From Blepharisma stoltei ATCC 30299 (Eukaryota > Protista > Ciliophora), in contig CBFDEM010000010.1 of the NCBI GenBank assembly GCA_965603825.1, positions 124,001 through 188,000 on the forward strand: a DNA stretch of 64,000 bases, written 5' to 3'. The stretch's first letter is position 1, and the number at the start of each line of letters is the position of its first letter. A program made the position numbers and the translations under genes. Shown piece by piece: positions 61,844 to 64,000 of this stretch. Under the pieces are notes generated by a model that was not told where the DNA came from, did not search any database, and saw only the letters and a program-made list of their open reading frames with translations.

Positions 61844-64000
61844 ATGGAATCTACTCACTTAACGACAAGTTTAAGCTCAAATCTTTTGCATTTCTCAAGC
61901 GATTTTCCTTTAAATAATCGTTCACATACCAAACAAAAATTACTTGAAAATGCAATGAATAAAGAAAGCTTTTTATGGTCAAATCAAGAAGATTCTTCAC
62001 GCTCATTAACAAACCATTCTCGGAGTAAAAGCCTTAACCATAACTTCAATAAAATACAAATAAGTCTAAGTAAAGCACAAAAAAACTATTATCAGGAAAA
62101 AGAAAAAACCCCTAAAAAAATTAATCAATCTCCGGATTTAAATAAAAAGAAAACTCATTATAAAGTAAATTCTGTCGAAATTCAGCAAGAAAGAAAAGTT
62201 AATAAAAGTGTTGAAGGGATAAGAAGCTCAGCCGATAATTTTAACAGACGAAAAGCAAGCTTGATATGACCAAATGAAGAAAAAGTAGGTTTCTTATCAA
62301 AAAATTATTCTATGGCTCAAAATGAAAACCAACAACGCCAAAAAACTGTATCTTCCATCAAATCAAAAAATATTATTGTAAAATTTATTTAGGATCTAAA
62401 TAAATCCAAAAATAATCATGATTGAAATGAAATTTCAGGTTGCATTGCTTATTTGCTATGTGAAGTGGATCCAAAAATAAAAATAACAAACGAAAAACAT
62501 ATGAAAAAAGAAATGATGCTTTATTTCAATGATTTGAATCATGTCATACAGATGCTGAAGAAATTACCATGATTTCTTAAAGAAAAAAGAATTTCAAAAA
62601 GTAAAAATTACATAGCAAACATCACAAAATCTCACCAGAATTTCTTAAAAGCTGATTTATCGAAATTGCCTTCGAATTCAAAAACGCCAAAAATAATAAA
62701 ATTATTAAAAAGTATTTTCAGTTCTCTTAAAATTGAAGACCATGATAAAAAGGAGCTTAAAGGCAATGGAAATAATGCACTTCAAAGCAAGTGCGATGAA
62801 GATATCAAAATTATTACGGATCCTGAGAAAAGTTTAATAGAAAGCATAGAGCAAAAAAAGGAAGTAGAGAATATTGTTGAAATTGAGGTAGAATGCATAA
62901 ATAAACAGGATGCTCTAATAAGCGCACAAACATCAGAACTTATTGATGAGAAGTTATTTACACTTAAAGTCTCAAACCAAGCAGAAGAAAATAATGAACA
63001 TATCGAAACTGATAGTTCTAACTTCGTTCCAATACAAGATTCTTTATCTGGGGATAATCCTATAAAATACCTTGATGAATGCAATGAGACCAAGGCTTCG
63101 AATCAAGCAGAAGAAATTGGTGAACACATAAAAACTGATAGTTCAAACTTTCTTCCAATACAGGATTCTTTATGTGGAGATAATCTTTTAAAATGTCCTT
63201 ATACTTACGATGAAATCAAAACTTCGAATCAAACAGAAGAAATTTATGAGCACATAGAAACTGATAGTTCAAACTTTCTTTCAATGCAAGATTCTTCGAA
63301 TGGAGATAATCCTCTAAAATGCCCTTATATCTACTATGATGAATCCTCATTTTCATCTTTTGAATGGTCAGAAAATTTTCGCTCTTTATCTCGATTATCA
63401 AGCGATTCTGGGGCATCAAAATCTTCACTTTTGCAAAGATTTTACCAAAAATCAGGCTATATTGCTAAGGAGCCACAGATTTTATCTGAAATTTTAATTA
63501 ATCCTGGAATCCCTCCATTAATCAGCGATAATGATACTCCAAATTTTTCTTCTAAGTCTAAAGCTGAGCAGAGTCCAATAAGAAAAATCCTCATACCATC
63601 AAATAAAGTGTCGTCCGCATCTCCAATTCCATATAAATCTCCAGCTATAAAGCCTAAAAGTGTACAAATTACTCCAAGAAAAAATGAAAATTGTCTAGAT
63701 TCTGCCAGAAAATCAAATGAATTTAATAAAAGAGTTGAAGAGAAAAATAAATTTAACTCTGAAGCAAAATGCAATAAAATTCTCGAAGAAAAATTTCAAG
63801 TCTTTTTAGAGAGAAAGCTAAAGGAAGACAAAAGTCAGAAAAATTCTCAATTTCAAAAAAAGCATAATTGGATGTCAGAGTTCAAAAACTGTATAGAAAT
63901 GATAGAAATTGGCAAAGAATTTGAAAAAGAAATAATACACAAAGCTAAACGTTTTTTTATTTCTCATCTTTCTGACAGATTATATAATCGAATTTTAGTA
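61844..64000 (+). CDS. Large low-complexity hypothetical protein (3' partial)
   Basis: Frame stays open to the window edge with three TGA=Trp and introns 62378-62392 and (probably) 62601-62615. Confidence 0.75.
62378..62392 (+). other. 15-nt intron
   Basis: gtaaaatttatttag. Confidence 0.85.
62601..62615 (+). other. Probable 15-nt intron without an in-frame stop
   Basis: gtaaaaattacatag. Confidence 0.65.
62972..63340 (+). repeat. Intragenic 126-bp (42-aa) tandem repeat, about 3 copies
   Basis: Units start at 62972, 63098 and 63224; shared core aaactgatagttc...caagattct...ggagataatc. Confidence 0.92.

Noticed and set aside
62972-63340. CRISPR-like array
   Set aside because: Whole units are homologous and in frame; no unique spacers and no cas genes; eukaryotic context.
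1-64000. Bacterial (Mycoplasma-type) or mitochondrial UGA=Trp origin
   Set aside because: Gene content is nuclear eukaryotic and spliceosomal introns are present.

Overview
Gene-dense, AT-rich eukaryotic DNA, most likely the somatic (macronuclear) genome of a heterotrich ciliate of the Blepharisma type. Two properties explain the fragmented ORF track. First, TGA is read as Trp: it sits at invariant Trp positions in the Myb, DYRK, USP, RBR, DHHC and Dicer domains, and every complete gene model ends in TAA or TAG. Second, introns are tiny (15-16 nt, GT...AG, near-invariant A at position 10). Re-reading with these rules gives about 43 protein genes, often separated by only 1-80 nt. They include a helicase-less Dicer-like protein, a BK-type K+ channel, POLD3, ADP-dependent glucokinase, DYRK, ZNF598/Hel2, Ariadne, USP7, a 3R-Myb, SmF and a glutathionyl-hydroquinone reductase. 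The most unusual candidates are a kinase with a bacterial YbjN-like domain plus a pseudokinase relic, a Kelch/Cys-rich ectodomain fused to an ENaC/ERGIC-like two-TM module, an Rdx-IDR-Ig protein, two longer introns placed directly after a start codon, and a possible H/ACA-like RNA. I saw no rRNA, tRNA, telomere, transposon or CRISPR. All family calls come from reading motifs by eye, not from database searches.
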